A stretch of DNA of 64,000 nucleotides from positions 52,304 through 116,303 of the forward strand of contig JAAYRV010000004.1 of assembly GCA_012518595.1 (NCBI GenBank), written 5' to 3'. Source of the DNA: Bacillota bacterium. Lineage in GTDB: Bacteria > Bacillota > SHA-98 > UBA4971. Positions 1 to 8,833 of the stretch are shown here, piece by piece. Under the pieces are notes generated by a model. That model had not been told where the DNA came from. It searched no databases and was given only the letters and a program-made list of their open reading frames with translations. The position numbers were made by a program, and so were the translations under genes. The stretch's first letter is position 1. Each line of letters begins with the position of its first letter.

Positions 1-3
1 CAG

Positions 4-507
4 TTGAGGGCAGCAGGCCTAATATGCACGATAATCGTGAATACCCACGGACACGTGGATCACACAGCGGGAAACAAGGTATTGGCAGAAGCGACAGGCG
101 CTATTATTGCTATAGGCGCTAAAGATGAACCTTCCCTTGATGACCCAACTCGCAATCTTTCGCCGGCTTTCGCCAATTTCGCTAAAGACAAGATAAGTCC
201 GCCTGCCAGCTTGCTCCTGGCTGAAGGTGACACCCTGTACGCAGGCAGCGTATGTCTTGAAGCGTTGGAGACTCCCGGCCATACCCCGGGAAGCATTTCC
301 TTGCTGGGGCAAGGCATGGTCTTTTCAGGAGACACAATTTTTGCTTCAGGAGGGATTGGGCGCACGGATTTCCCGGGAGGTTCCTATGACGATCTTATGA
401 AATCCATTGAAGAGAAGCTTCTTGTCCTTCCTGATGAAACACTGGTTTATCCGGGCCATGGCCCGTCCACGACTATCGGCAGGGAGCGTGACAGGCTAAA
501 CCGTTGA
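4..507 (+). CDS. MBL-fold metallo-hydrolase (5' partial; the ORF runs off the window start)
   Basis: HxHxDH motif 'THGHVDHTAGN' and overall glyoxalase-II/beta-lactamase-fold composition. No upstream start is visible inside the window. Confidence 0.7.
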   Translation: MRAAGLICTIIVNTHGHVDHTAGNKVLAEATGAIIAIGAKDEPSLDDPTRNLSPAFANFAKDKISPPASLLLAEGDTLYAGSVCLEALETPGHTPGSISLLGQGMVFSGDTIFASGGIGRTDFPGGSYDDLMKSIEEKLLVLPDETLVYPGHGPSTTIGRERDRLNR

Positions 508-561
508 CAACCTGGTGGAAAGTAAGATAGACTCACAACATAGCGTTGAAGATAGGGGGAG

Positions 562-1704
562 ATGCCCTTGTTCAGGGGCTTTCGTGGAAAAAAGGGTGCC
601 AGAGCCACTAAGATTTTGGTTATCGTGTTAGCCATTGCCTTCGTAGGAGGGTTGTTATATACAGGCTCAGTAGTCATCAGGGATCCTTCGCAAGACGCCT
701 ACGGGGTTATTGCTATCGTTAACGGGAAACCCATAAGCAGAGAGGCTTTTGAGCAAGGGTACAGAAGCGCGCTTCTTGCTGAGTACGAATACACGGGAAG
801 AGTGCTCCCTGAGACTGTCGGGCCGATACGCGCTTCTTTACTTGATCAGTTTATTAATACTGCATTGATCACGGAGGCGGCAGAGAAAGAAAGGATTCGT
901 GTCTCATCAAAGGAGATTGACGCTGAATTTAAGTTGCAGGAAGAAGCCTTTCCCAGCAAGGATGCGTTCCGTGACGCCCTCGCTGCAAACAATGTGACGG
1001 TCGCTCAGTTTAAGAGCCTGATAAAAAACCGCCTGACAATTCAAAAACTGTTCGCCCAAGTTCAAGCAGGGGTCACAATATCTGAAGACGAGGTCAAGAA
1101 AGCTTACGCAGACGAAACAGAGAAACCTGCCGAGGGAGAAGAGTTTGAGGAAAAGAGGCCTGAAATTGAAGCAAGACTTATGCAAGAAGCACAGCAGGAT
1201 GCCTTGTCCAACTGGCTTGAGGGGCTTCGTAGCGAGGCGAAAATTGAGCTCCGTGACGCTGAACTGAGAGCCCTCGTGAAGATTCAAGAAGAAGACTACG
1301 ACGAAGCTGTTCTTGAATACAAATCAGCCATAGCGCTGGATCCGGAAAACGCGTATTTGCATGTAGGGGTTGCCCAGGCTCACATAGCTAAGGATGACTT
1401 AGAACAAGCTACTGAAGCACTGAAGAGCGCTGCCCACCTGCGACCTGAAGACCCGTATATAAGACTCCTTTTGGGGTTGGCATATAGGGACGGAGAAGAC
1501 CATGAGCTTGCTACAGATGAATTTAAAGCTGCTTCAGAGTACGGAGGACTTGACATTTTGCTTCATGTTCGTCTCGAGTCTCTTTTGAAGACAGTAGGCA
1601 GTGATGAAGATGTCAGGAATCAGCAAGCTAAGATTGAAGAAATCCGGGACCTTTTGGAAAAGCGAGATAGCGCCATTAACTTGGAGGAGCAAGCTGATGA
1701 CTAG
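562..1704 (+). CDS. Membrane-anchored protein with a SurA N-terminal-like chaperone domain and C-terminal TPR repeats
   Basis: N-terminal basic segment followed by a TM helix 'ILVIVLAIAFVGGLLY'. The middle region is SurA_N-like. The C-terminus carries TPR-like repeats 'AIALDPENAYLHVGVAQAHIAKDDLEQA'. A GGGGGAG RBS lies 5 nt before the ATG. Confidence 0.5.
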   Translation: MPLFRGFRGKKGARATKILVIVLAIAFVGGLLYTGSVVIRDPSQDAYGVIAIVNGKPISREAFEQGYRSALLAEYEYTGRVLPETVGPIRASLLDQFINTALITEAAEKERIRVSSKEIDAEFKLQEEAFPSKDAFRDALAANNVTVAQFKSLIKNRLTIQKLFAQVQAGVTISEDEVKKAYADETEKPAEGEEFEEKRPEIEARLMQEAQQDALSNWLEGLRSEAKIELRDAELRALVKIQEEDYDEAVLEYKSAIALDPENAYLHVGVAQAHIAKDDLEQATEALKSAAHLRPEDPYIRLLLGLAYRDGEDHELATDEFKAASEYGGLDILLHVRLESLLKTVGSDEDVRNQQAKIEEIRDLLEKRDSAINLEEQADD

Positions 1705-1716
1705 GGAGGCAAATTC

Positions 1717-3021
1717 ATGACACATATCAGGGCGCCCAGAGGAACGATAGATGTATTTCCTGAAAAACCAGGCATATGGCAGCGACTGGAGGAGACTGTA
1801 AGATCTGTATGCCGTAATGCCGGGTACACCGAGATCAGGACCCCCATTTTTGAACATACAGAGCTTTTCCAGAGAGGGGTCGGGGAAAGCACAGATATTG
1901 TGGAAAAAGAAATGTACACATTTCTTGACAAGGGAGAGCGCAGCATTACGTTGCGTCCTGAAGGCACAGCTCCGGTTGTCAGAGCCTACCTTGAACATAA
2001 AATGTGGGCCGGGCCTCAGCCTGTCAAGGTTTACTATATAGGGCCCATGTTTCGATATGAGCGCCCTCAATTAGGACGCCTCAGGCAACACACTCAGTTC
2101 GGGGTCGAAGCCCTTGGAGCGTCTTCACCTGCTTTGGATGCAGAGGTTATCTCTATACTCATTAGCGTCTATCAACATCTGGGACTTTCAGGCTTTGTTG
2201 TTCGCTTGAACAGTATCGGGTGTTCTGAGTGCAGGCCTCGTTACAAGGAAAGTCTCGTAAACCTGCTTTCGGAACATGTGGACGAGCTTTGCGCTGACTG
2301 TAGAAGAAGGCTTCGACGAAATCCCCTACGGGTTCTGGATTGCAAGAACGAACGATGTGCTATCCTTGCCAAAGAGCTTCCGCCAATATTTGAGTATCTT
2401 TGTGAGGACTGCAGTAGGCACTTCGGCGGAGTCACAGAATGCCTGAAGGCTTTGGATCTAGTCTACGAATTGGACCCAACCATTGTTAGAGGGCTTGATT
2501 ACTATACTAAGACCGTTTTTGAGGTGGTTCACTCGGGTCTCGGAGCGCAGGATGCGCTTGGGGGCGGTGGAAGGTATGACGGCCTGGCAGAAGAACTTGG
2601 CGGAACCCAAACTCCGGGCGTAGGTTTCGCTGCAGGGATAGAGCGGGCTGTCCAAGTGCTACAGGATGCAGGAGACAAGGAAACAAGTACGGACGCCGGT
2701 GAGGTCACTGTATTCATTGCTGCAATGGGTGATGAAGCCAAGATTGAAGCTTTTCGCATAACTCACGCGTTACGTAAGCAGGGTATATCCACGGATATCG
2801 ATTATCTTGACAGAAGCCTGAGAGCTCAGATGAAGTATGCAGATAGGCAAGGAGTCAAGACAGTCGTGATCATCGGCGAAGACGAGCTTAAAGGTGACTA
2901 TGTCATAGTAAGGGATATGGTAACCGGAGAGCAGACTCGAGTTCCGTTTGGAGATCTGATTAAGATTTTAACACAGAATACAATTCTTTCAAAAGACCTC
3001 AAGTTACCAAGAGAGAAGTGA
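1717..3021 (+). CDS. hisS: Histidine--tRNA ligase
   Basis: 434 aa. N-terminus 'MTHIRAPRGTIDVFPE', class II aaRS motifs and a C-terminal anticodon-binding domain. Immediately upstream of aspS, as in Bacillus. Confidence 0.92.
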   Translation: MTHIRAPRGTIDVFPEKPGIWQRLEETVRSVCRNAGYTEIRTPIFEHTELFQRGVGESTDIVEKEMYTFLDKGERSITLRPEGTAPVVRAYLEHKMWAGPQPVKVYYIGPMFRYERPQLGRLRQHTQFGVEALGASSPALDAEVISILISVYQHLGLSGFVVRLNSIGCSECRPRYKESLVNLLSEHVDELCADCRRRLRRNPLRVLDCKNERCAILAKELPPIFEYLCEDCSRHFGGVTECLKALDLVYELDPTIVRGLDYYTKTVFEVVHSGLGAQDALGGGGRYDGLAEELGGTQTPGVGFAAGIERAVQVLQDAGDKETSTDAGEVTVFIAAMGDEAKIEAFRITHALRKQGISTDIDYLDRSLRAQMKYADRQGVKTVVIIGEDELKGDYVIVRDMVTGEQTRVPFGDLIKILTQNTILSKDLKLPREK

Positions 3022-3027
3022 GCAATA

Positions 3028-4848
3028 ATGCAGAAAAAGAGAACTCATATGGTGGGAGAGCTAGCAGATGAAGCTTTTGTAGGGAAGACAGTTGTTCTTG
3101 CAGGTTGGGTTGCCAGAAGAAGAGACCTTGGTGGTCTTGTATTCATCGATCTTCGGGATCGCTCAGGTATTGTTCAGGTGGTTTTTAATCCTGAAACCTC
3201 TCCTTGCGCCCACCGAGTAGCTGAGAAGCTGGGTTCAGAGGATGTAGTATGCATATCCGGAGTTGTTGTAGAACGCCCACCCGGTGCAGTGAATCCTTCA
3301 ATCCCTACAGGCAAGGTTGATGTGGCAGCTGAGTTCCTGGAGGTGCTGTCCAAATCGAAGACTCCGCCTTTCTATATCACTGAGGATGTTGATGTTGACG
3401 AACTCCTGAGGCTTAAGTATCGATATCTTGACCTTCGAAGACCGGACATGCAGAAGAACATGATTCTTCGGCACCGCTTAACCATAGCAGTAAGGAACTT
3501 CTTAGACTCTCGAGGTTTCATTGAGGTGGAGACGCCAATGTTTATAAGGAGCACCCCGGAGGGCGCTCGCGACTATGTTGTTCCCAGCCGCGTGAATCCG
3601 GGCCGATTTTTTGCACTACCCCAATCGCCCCAGCTTTTCAAGCAGCTCTTAATGGTATCCGGATTTGATAGGTATTTTCAGATTGCGCGGTGCTTTCGAG
3701 ATGAGGACTTGCGAGCTGACAGGCAACCTGAGTTTACGCAAATTGATATTGAAATGTCTTTCATCAATAGAGATGATGTGCTTAACCTCACAGAAGACAT
3801 GATGACTCACTGTATAGAAGAGACTTTGGGGATATCAGTGGCAAAGCCTTTCCTTAGAATGTCATATGCTGACGCTATGGAACGATATGGTTCAGACAAG
3901 CCTGACATACGATTCGGCATGGAGATAAGAGACATAAGCGATGTTGTGAAAAACTGCGGTTTTCGCGTTTTTCAAGGTGCCATTGAAGCCGGCGGTAAGG
4001 TAGCTTGCATAGTGGCGCCTGGTTGTAGTCAGCTGTCCAGACAAGAAATCAAAGAACTCGAGGGAATCGTCAAGAACTTTGGCGCAGGAGGCCTTATGTC
4101 AATAGCGCTTTCTTGCGGGGAAGACGGGAACGTGACTTTCAGCTCTCAACTGACCAAGTTTCTTACAGAAACTGAATTGCAGGAAATCGCAGAAGTTACA
4201 GCAGCAAAAGATGGGGACCTGATTCTGATTGTAGCAGGCCCCGGAAACGTAGTTTTGGAGTCTCTTGGCAGATTGAGATTGCACCTAGGCGCCAAGCTGG
4301 ACCTCATCTCTGAAAATCAACTGGCATTTCTTTGGGTTACTGACTTTCCCTTGTTTGAGTTCAGCCAGGAGGAAGACAGGATAGTCGCTGTGCATCATGC
4401 GTTTACGTCTCCTTTGGAAGAAGATATTCACTTAATGGAGACAGATCCTCTGAGTGTTCGAGCTAACATGTACGATCTCGTTTTGAACGGTGTAGAGCTG
4501 GGCAGCGGAAGCATAAGGATACATAAGCGAGATGTACAGGAGAAAATATTCGGGGTCTTGGGGTTCAGCGAAGAGGAAGCCCAAGAGAAATTCGGCTTCC
4601 TTCTTGAAGCTTTTGAGTACGGCGCACCGCCTCACGGCGGGATTGCCTTGGGCTTTGACAGAATGGTTATGCTGTTGGCAGGGAGAAAGACTATCCGTGA
4701 CGTAATTGCATTCCCGAAAACTCAAAAAGCGGTATGCCCCATGACCGGAGCCCCCGGAGCAATTAGCGAAGAACAACTGACTGAACTGTATATACAGGTA
4801 GTCGACATGGGTAAAATAGGCACAAGCGGTGATACGGAGCTGCCTTGA
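3028..4848 (+). CDS. aspS: Aspartate--tRNA ligase
   Basis: 606 aa. OB-fold N-terminus, class II motifs 'FRDEDLRADRQPEFTQIDIE' and 'GGIALGFDRMVMLL'. Confidence 0.92.
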   Translation: MQKKRTHMVGELADEAFVGKTVVLAGWVARRRDLGGLVFIDLRDRSGIVQVVFNPETSPCAHRVAEKLGSEDVVCISGVVVERPPGAVNPSIPTGKVDVAAEFLEVLSKSKTPPFYITEDVDVDELLRLKYRYLDLRRPDMQKNMILRHRLTIAVRNFLDSRGFIEVETPMFIRSTPEGARDYVVPSRVNPGRFFALPQSPQLFKQLLMVSGFDRYFQIARCFRDEDLRADRQPEFTQIDIEMSFINRDDVLNLTEDMMTHCIEETLGISVAKPFLRMSYADAMERYGSDKPDIRFGMEIRDISDVVKNCGFRVFQGAIEAGGKVACIVAPGCSQLSRQEIKELEGIVKNFGAGGLMSIALSCGEDGNVTFSSQLTKFLTETELQEIAEVTAAKDGDLILIVAGPGNVVLESLGRLRLHLGAKLDLISENQLAFLWVTDFPLFEFSQEEDRIVAVHHAFTSPLEEDIHLMETDPLSVRANMYDLVLNGVELGSGSIRIHKRDVQEKIFGVLGFSEEEAQEKFGFLLEAFEYGAPPHGGIALGFDRMVMLLAGRKTIRDVIAFPKTQKAVCPMTGAPGAISEEQLTELYIQVVDMGKIGTSGDTELP

Positions 4849-4894
4849 AATCCTTAAAGGCTTATGATATCATTCACTTGCAAGCAAGAAAGAT

Positions 4895-5108
4895 AAAAAA
4901 AGGACCCTACCGTGTTCGATTTGACATCGGTAACTTTTGTTCCAACACCATTTGAAAGGGAGCCTCAGCTCCGAGTGCGGCGCGAGTGCCGTCCGGCGTG
5001 CGGAGTCGCAAAACACTTGGGAGGGCACCCACCTGCAGGGCGCAGGGATAGAAATGTTACCGGCCAGGCGGCATGGTGGGGTCGTGTTGTTCATTGAGCG
5101 GTTTTTTT
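4895..5108 (+). ncRNA. Candidate 6S RNA-like structured ncRNA (ssrS-like) downstream of aspS. The strand is not certain.
   Basis: About 215 nt of GC-rich non-coding sequence. A 12-bp terminal closing helix pairs 4903-4914 'gaccctaccgtg' with 5072-5083 'catggtggggtc' (including G-U pairs). A second internal helix pairs 4927-4934 'tcggtaac' with 5055-5062 'gttaccgg'. A T-run lies at 5102-5108. The only ORFs here are short and overlap on both strands. In Bacillus, 6S-1 RNA lies downstream of aspS (recalled). Confidence 0.4.
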
Positions 5109-5198
5109 AAGCGCTTCTTTTCATTCCGCATCCTTCCATATCCTGCATCTAGTATGTTATAATCCAATCCGGGTGAAACACAATCGGAGCGTGATACC

Positions 5199-6521
5199 AT
5201 GGATTTGTTCAGCCGCCAAGGAGATCAACTCCTGCGGCGTGAGGCGCCGCTGGCTATTCGAATGCGTCCCACTACCTTAGAGGAGTTTGTCGGGCAAGAA
5301 CACATTCTGGGTCCGGGCAAACTGCTTAGACGAGCTATCGAAGGAGACAAACTCTCATCCGTCATTTTCTACGGACCTCCCGGCACCGGCAAAACTGCGC
5401 TGGCCAATATCATAGCCGGCGCCACTAAATCGCACTTCCAGTCCTTAAACGCAGTAACATCAGGCGTCGCTGATATAAGGCGAGTCATGGAAGATGCTTC
5501 AGACAGACTTAAGATGCACGAGGCCAGGACAATTCTCTTCATCGATGAAGTTCACAGATTCAACAAGACGCAACAAGATGCGCTGTTGCCTGCGGTAGAG
5601 AACGGAACGGTCATATTTATCGGAGCAACAACGGAAAATCCGTTTTTTGAGATTAGCAGGCCACTCCTATCACGCTCACGCGTGTTCAGGTTCGAGCCGC
5701 TGGATGATGAACATATCTCCCTGATTTTGCGTCGAGCATTGGAAGATAAAGAGCGTGGCCTCGGCGAGTATGAAGCCGCAGTTTGTGATGACGCCTTCTC
5801 TCATCTGGTCAGAACCGCAAACGGTGATGCCAGGTCAGCCTTGAACGCAATTGAACTTGCGGTGCTAACAACTGAGGTAGGTGAAGACGGCGTCCGCAGT
5901 ATCACCTTGGAGATAGCGGAAGAATCCATTCAGGAGAGAGCGTTGGGGTATGACAAGAGTGGAGACGCTCACTATGACATAGTTTCCGCATTCATAAAGA
6001 GCATGAGGGGAAGCGACCCTGATGCCACCGTGTACTGGCTTGCCCGGATGATCGCGTCAGGCGAGAAGCCTGAATTCATAGCAAGAAGAATCGTGATTCA
6101 TGCAGCAGAAGATGTAGGTCTGGCTAATCCCCACGCTCTTTTGGTGGCAGCGGCAGCAGCATGGGCAGTTACCTTTGTCGGGTGGCCGGAAGCCCGGCTC
6201 ATTCTTGCAGAAGCTGCCATATACGTGGCTACCGCTCCCAAGAGCAACTCATGTTACCTGGCAATCAAGAATGCCGAACACGACCTTGAAACCGAACGCA
6301 CAGCCGAAGTTCCTCGTCATCTTCGCAACGCGTCATACAAAGGCGCTGCTTCCTTAGGACATGGTAAAGGCTACAAGTATCCCCATGAGTTTCCCGGAAA
6401 TTATGTCTTTCAGCAGTATTTGCCTCATATCTTAGCAGGCAAAACATACTATCAACCTTCAGAGAACGGATATGAGAGAACAATCAAAGAAAGGCTGGCT
6501 CTCCGGGAAAAAAATGATTGA
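5199..6521 (+). CDS. rarA: Replication-associated recombination protein A (AAA+ ATPase RarA/MgsA)
   Basis: Walker A 'GPPGTGKTALA', Walker B 'LFIDEVHRFNK', and a MgsA C-terminal domain. Confidence 0.88.
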   Translation: MDLFSRQGDQLLRREAPLAIRMRPTTLEEFVGQEHILGPGKLLRRAIEGDKLSSVIFYGPPGTGKTALANIIAGATKSHFQSLNAVTSGVADIRRVMEDASDRLKMHEARTILFIDEVHRFNKTQQDALLPAVENGTVIFIGATTENPFFEISRPLLSRSRVFRFEPLDDEHISLILRRALEDKERGLGEYEAAVCDDAFSHLVRTANGDARSALNAIELAVLTTEVGEDGVRSITLEIAEESIQERALGYDKSGDAHYDIVSAFIKSMRGSDPDATVYWLARMIASGEKPEFIARRIVIHAAEDVGLANPHALLVAAAAAWAVTFVGWPEARLILAEAAIYVATAPKSNSCYLAIKNAEHDLETERTAEVPRHLRNASYKGAASLGHGKGYKYPHEFPGNYVFQQYLPHILAGKTYYQPSENGYERTIKERLALREKND

Positions 6522-6546
6522 CATCGATATAGGCTGATGGTATATT
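6518..6546 (+). promoter_or_regulatory. Sigma-A type promoter for the Rrf2-iscS-iscU-mnmA operon
   Basis: TTGACA (6518-6523), a 17-nt spacer, then TATATT (6541-6546). An inverted repeat AATCCCGA-n9-TCAGGATT (6558-6582) just downstream is a candidate Rrf2 operator. Confidence 0.4.
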
Positions 6547-6614
6547 TTTTATGTGGCAATCCCGATTAATTTACTCAGGATTCCTCTCATGCCGCCAGGA
6601 AGAAGGTGAATCAA

Positions 6615-7103
6615 ATGAAGCTATCGACTCGTGGCAGATATGGACTCCGAGCTATGTACGATTTGGCTCTCCGCTACGGAGAAGGCCCTGTGCCTCTTAA
6701 TTCCATAGCTGACAGACAGATGGTCTCTTTACATTACCTTGAACAGCTGATGGCGAAATTGCGCAGAGCAGGACTTGTCGCAAGCTCCAGAGGCGCTCAG
6801 GGCGGATATGAACTTGCAAAGCAGCCTGAGGAAATCACAGTAGGCGACATTGTCAGAGTGATGGAGGGATCCTTTGATCCTGTGCAATGCCTTTCTCGCG
6901 ACTCTGACTATGAGGATTGCGAGCAACTCGAAGATTGCGTAGTGCGCTTTGTGTGGAAGAGACTGCGTGATTGTACCAACAGGGTCCTTGATTCGATTAA
7001 TCTCCAGGATTTGTGTGATGGAACTGTAACGTCAGAGAAGAAGCCATGCGAGGCTTGTGCCCCTGATTCTCAGAAGACAACGGATGAGTGTCAGTTGAGT
7101 TGA
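6615..7103 (+). CDS. Rrf2-family transcriptional regulator, IscR-like, with a cysteine-rich C-terminal extension
   Basis: N-terminal wHTH 'MKLSTRGRYGLRAMYDLA'. Three Cys with spacing C-x9-C-x5-C, plus an extra C-terminal 'CDGTVTSEKKPCEAC'. Start chosen at ATG 6615, with AAGGTG 7 nt upstream. Confidence 0.8.
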   Translation: MKLSTRGRYGLRAMYDLALRYGEGPVPLNSIADRQMVSLHYLEQLMAKLRRAGLVASSRGAQGGYELAKQPEEITVGDIVRVMEGSFDPVQCLSRDSDYEDCEQLEDCVVRFVWKRLRDCTNRVLDSINLQDLCDGTVTSEKKPCEACAPDSQKTTDECQLS

Positions 7104-7146
7104 GAATCGTCTCTATAGCCACACTACTGTCAGGAGATGATTAGAA

Positions 7147-8367
7147 ATGAAGCTTGTATACCTAGACAATGCAGCAACAACAAAACCGCGACCGGAACTA
7201 GTGGAAGCAATCCTTCCTTTCCTGGGCGAAAGGTACGGGAATCCGTCAAGTATTTACAGCATAGCGAGAGACGCTAAAGCTGCCGTGGAAGATGCCAGAG
7301 AAAAAGTGGCAAAGGTAATTAATGCGAATCCGGAAGAGATCATATTTACCGGCTCAGGGACTGAAGCGGATAACATGGCAATCAAAGGTGTCGCTTACGC
7401 TAATGCCAAGCGCGGTAATCACATTATTACTTCGGCAATAGAACACCATGCAGTGCTTGACAGTATCAAACGACTTGAGAGGCGCGGATTTAAGGCGACA
7501 TTTGTGCCTGTGGATTCTTATGGGATGGTAAACCCATCCGATGTAGAGGAGGCTATTACTGATGATACCGTGCTTATCTCAATAATGCATGCTAACAACG
7601 AGGTAGGTACAATTCAACCTATTGAAGATATCGCTGAGAGTGCGAAAAAGCACGGTGTAGTGTTCCATACAGATGCAGTTCAGACCACAGGACATATTTC
7701 CGTAGATGTAAAAGAGCTGGGTGTGGACTTGCTTTCCCTTTCCGGACACAAGTTCAAAGGTCCGAAAGGCGTAGGCGCCCTCTGGGTGAGAAAAGGCGTG
7801 AGAATCGAAAGGTTCATTGACGGGGGAGGCCAGGAACGCAATAGGAGGGCCGGGACAGAAAACGTTCTGGGAATAGTGGGGCTTGCAGTCGCTCTTGAAA
7901 TGGCTGAGAAAGAAATGGAACAAGAGATGGCCCGCCTTGCCCAACTACGGGATTACCTCATAAAAGAAGTCATGGAGCGCATTCCTTATGTGAGATTAAA
8001 CGGACATCCTACCAGGAGACTTCCGGGCAATGTAAGCTTCTGCTTTGAGTTCATAGAAGGGGAATCTCTTCTTCTTAGCCTTGACAATGTGGGTATATGC
8101 GGATCCAGCGGATCTGCGTGCACTTCCGGGTCACTCGAACCGTCCCATGTCCTTTTAGCTATGGGGCTTCCGCACGAAATAGCTCATGGCTCACTCAGAT
8201 TGTCACTCGGACATGAGACTACAGCCGAGGATATTGACTACGTCGTAGAGATGCTGACGGGTATAGTCAACAAGCTTAGGGAGATGTCCCCGTTTGGCGT
8301 AGACGTCTCACTTGACAGCGCTTGTCGCTGCGTAGAAGATGATCGCCATCTGATTGAGAGTCATTAA
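7147..8367 (+). CDS. iscS: Cysteine desulfurase (NifS/IscS class V aminotransferase)
   Basis: PLP-lysine motif 'SLSGHKFKGPKG' and active-site Cys loop 'SSGSACTSG'. Adjacent to the Rrf2 regulator and IscU. Confidence 0.85.
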   Translation: MKLVYLDNAATTKPRPELVEAILPFLGERYGNPSSIYSIARDAKAAVEDAREKVAKVINANPEEIIFTGSGTEADNMAIKGVAYANAKRGNHIITSAIEHHAVLDSIKRLERRGFKATFVPVDSYGMVNPSDVEEAITDDTVLISIMHANNEVGTIQPIEDIAESAKKHGVVFHTDAVQTTGHISVDVKELGVDLLSLSGHKFKGPKGVGALWVRKGVRIERFIDGGGQERNRRAGTENVLGIVGLAVALEMAEKEMEQEMARLAQLRDYLIKEVMERIPYVRLNGHPTRRLPGNVSFCFEFIEGESLLLSLDNVGICGSSGSACTSGSLEPSHVLLAMGLPHEIAHGSLRLSLGHETTAEDIDYVVEMLTGIVNKLREMSPFGVDVSLDSACRCVEDDRHLIESH

Positions 8368-8422
8368 GTCTGGTAGCAGCTACTTCTCGGCAGTTGTAGT
8401 TGTGGGGGAGGGGATATGAGCA

Positions 8423-8830
8423 ATGTATACAGACAAGGTAATGGACCATTTTACAAATCCGAGAAATGTCGGGGAAATCGAAGACGCGGACGGCGTAGGA
8501 ACGGTAGGCAACCCGATTTGTGGAGATGTCATGAAATTAACCATCAAGGTTGAAGGAGATAGAATAAAAGACGCCAAGTTCAAAACCTTTGGTTGCGGTG
8601 CAGCGATAGCAGTCAGCAGCATGGTCACAGAGCTGGTAATAGGGAAAACACTGGAGGAAGCCCTGGAAATCTCAAACAGGGCGGTGGCAGATGCTTTAGG
8701 AGGCCTTCCGCCCAAGAAGATGCACTGCTCGAACCTTGGCGCAGACGCTTTGCAGAAGGCTATTAAGGATTACATGGAGAAGCAGGGAAGGAGTTTGCCT
8801 GACAATGAAGCCGGCGGAGAAACCTCGTGA
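8423..8830 (+). CDS. iscU: Fe-S cluster assembly scaffold IscU/NifU
   Basis: Three conserved Cys ('GNPICGDV', 'FGCGAAIA', 'HCSNL') and the 'LPPKK' motif. Confidence 0.85.
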   Translation: MYTDKVMDHFTNPRNVGEIEDADGVGTVGNPICGDVMKLTIKVEGDRIKDAKFKTFGCGAAIAVSSMVTELVIGKTLEEALEISNRAVADALGGLPPKKMHCSNLGADALQKAIKDYMEKQGRSLPDNEAGGETS

Positions 8831-8833
8831 ATC

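Noticed and set aside
4870-5097. ORFs 4870..5094 (-) and 4912..5097 (+), 74 and 61 aa, in the aspS-rarA gap
   Set aside because: They overlap each other on opposite strands and have no RBS. They are Arg/Gly/Pro-rich, as expected from GC-rich structured RNA. They are better explained by the candidate 6S-like ncRNA.
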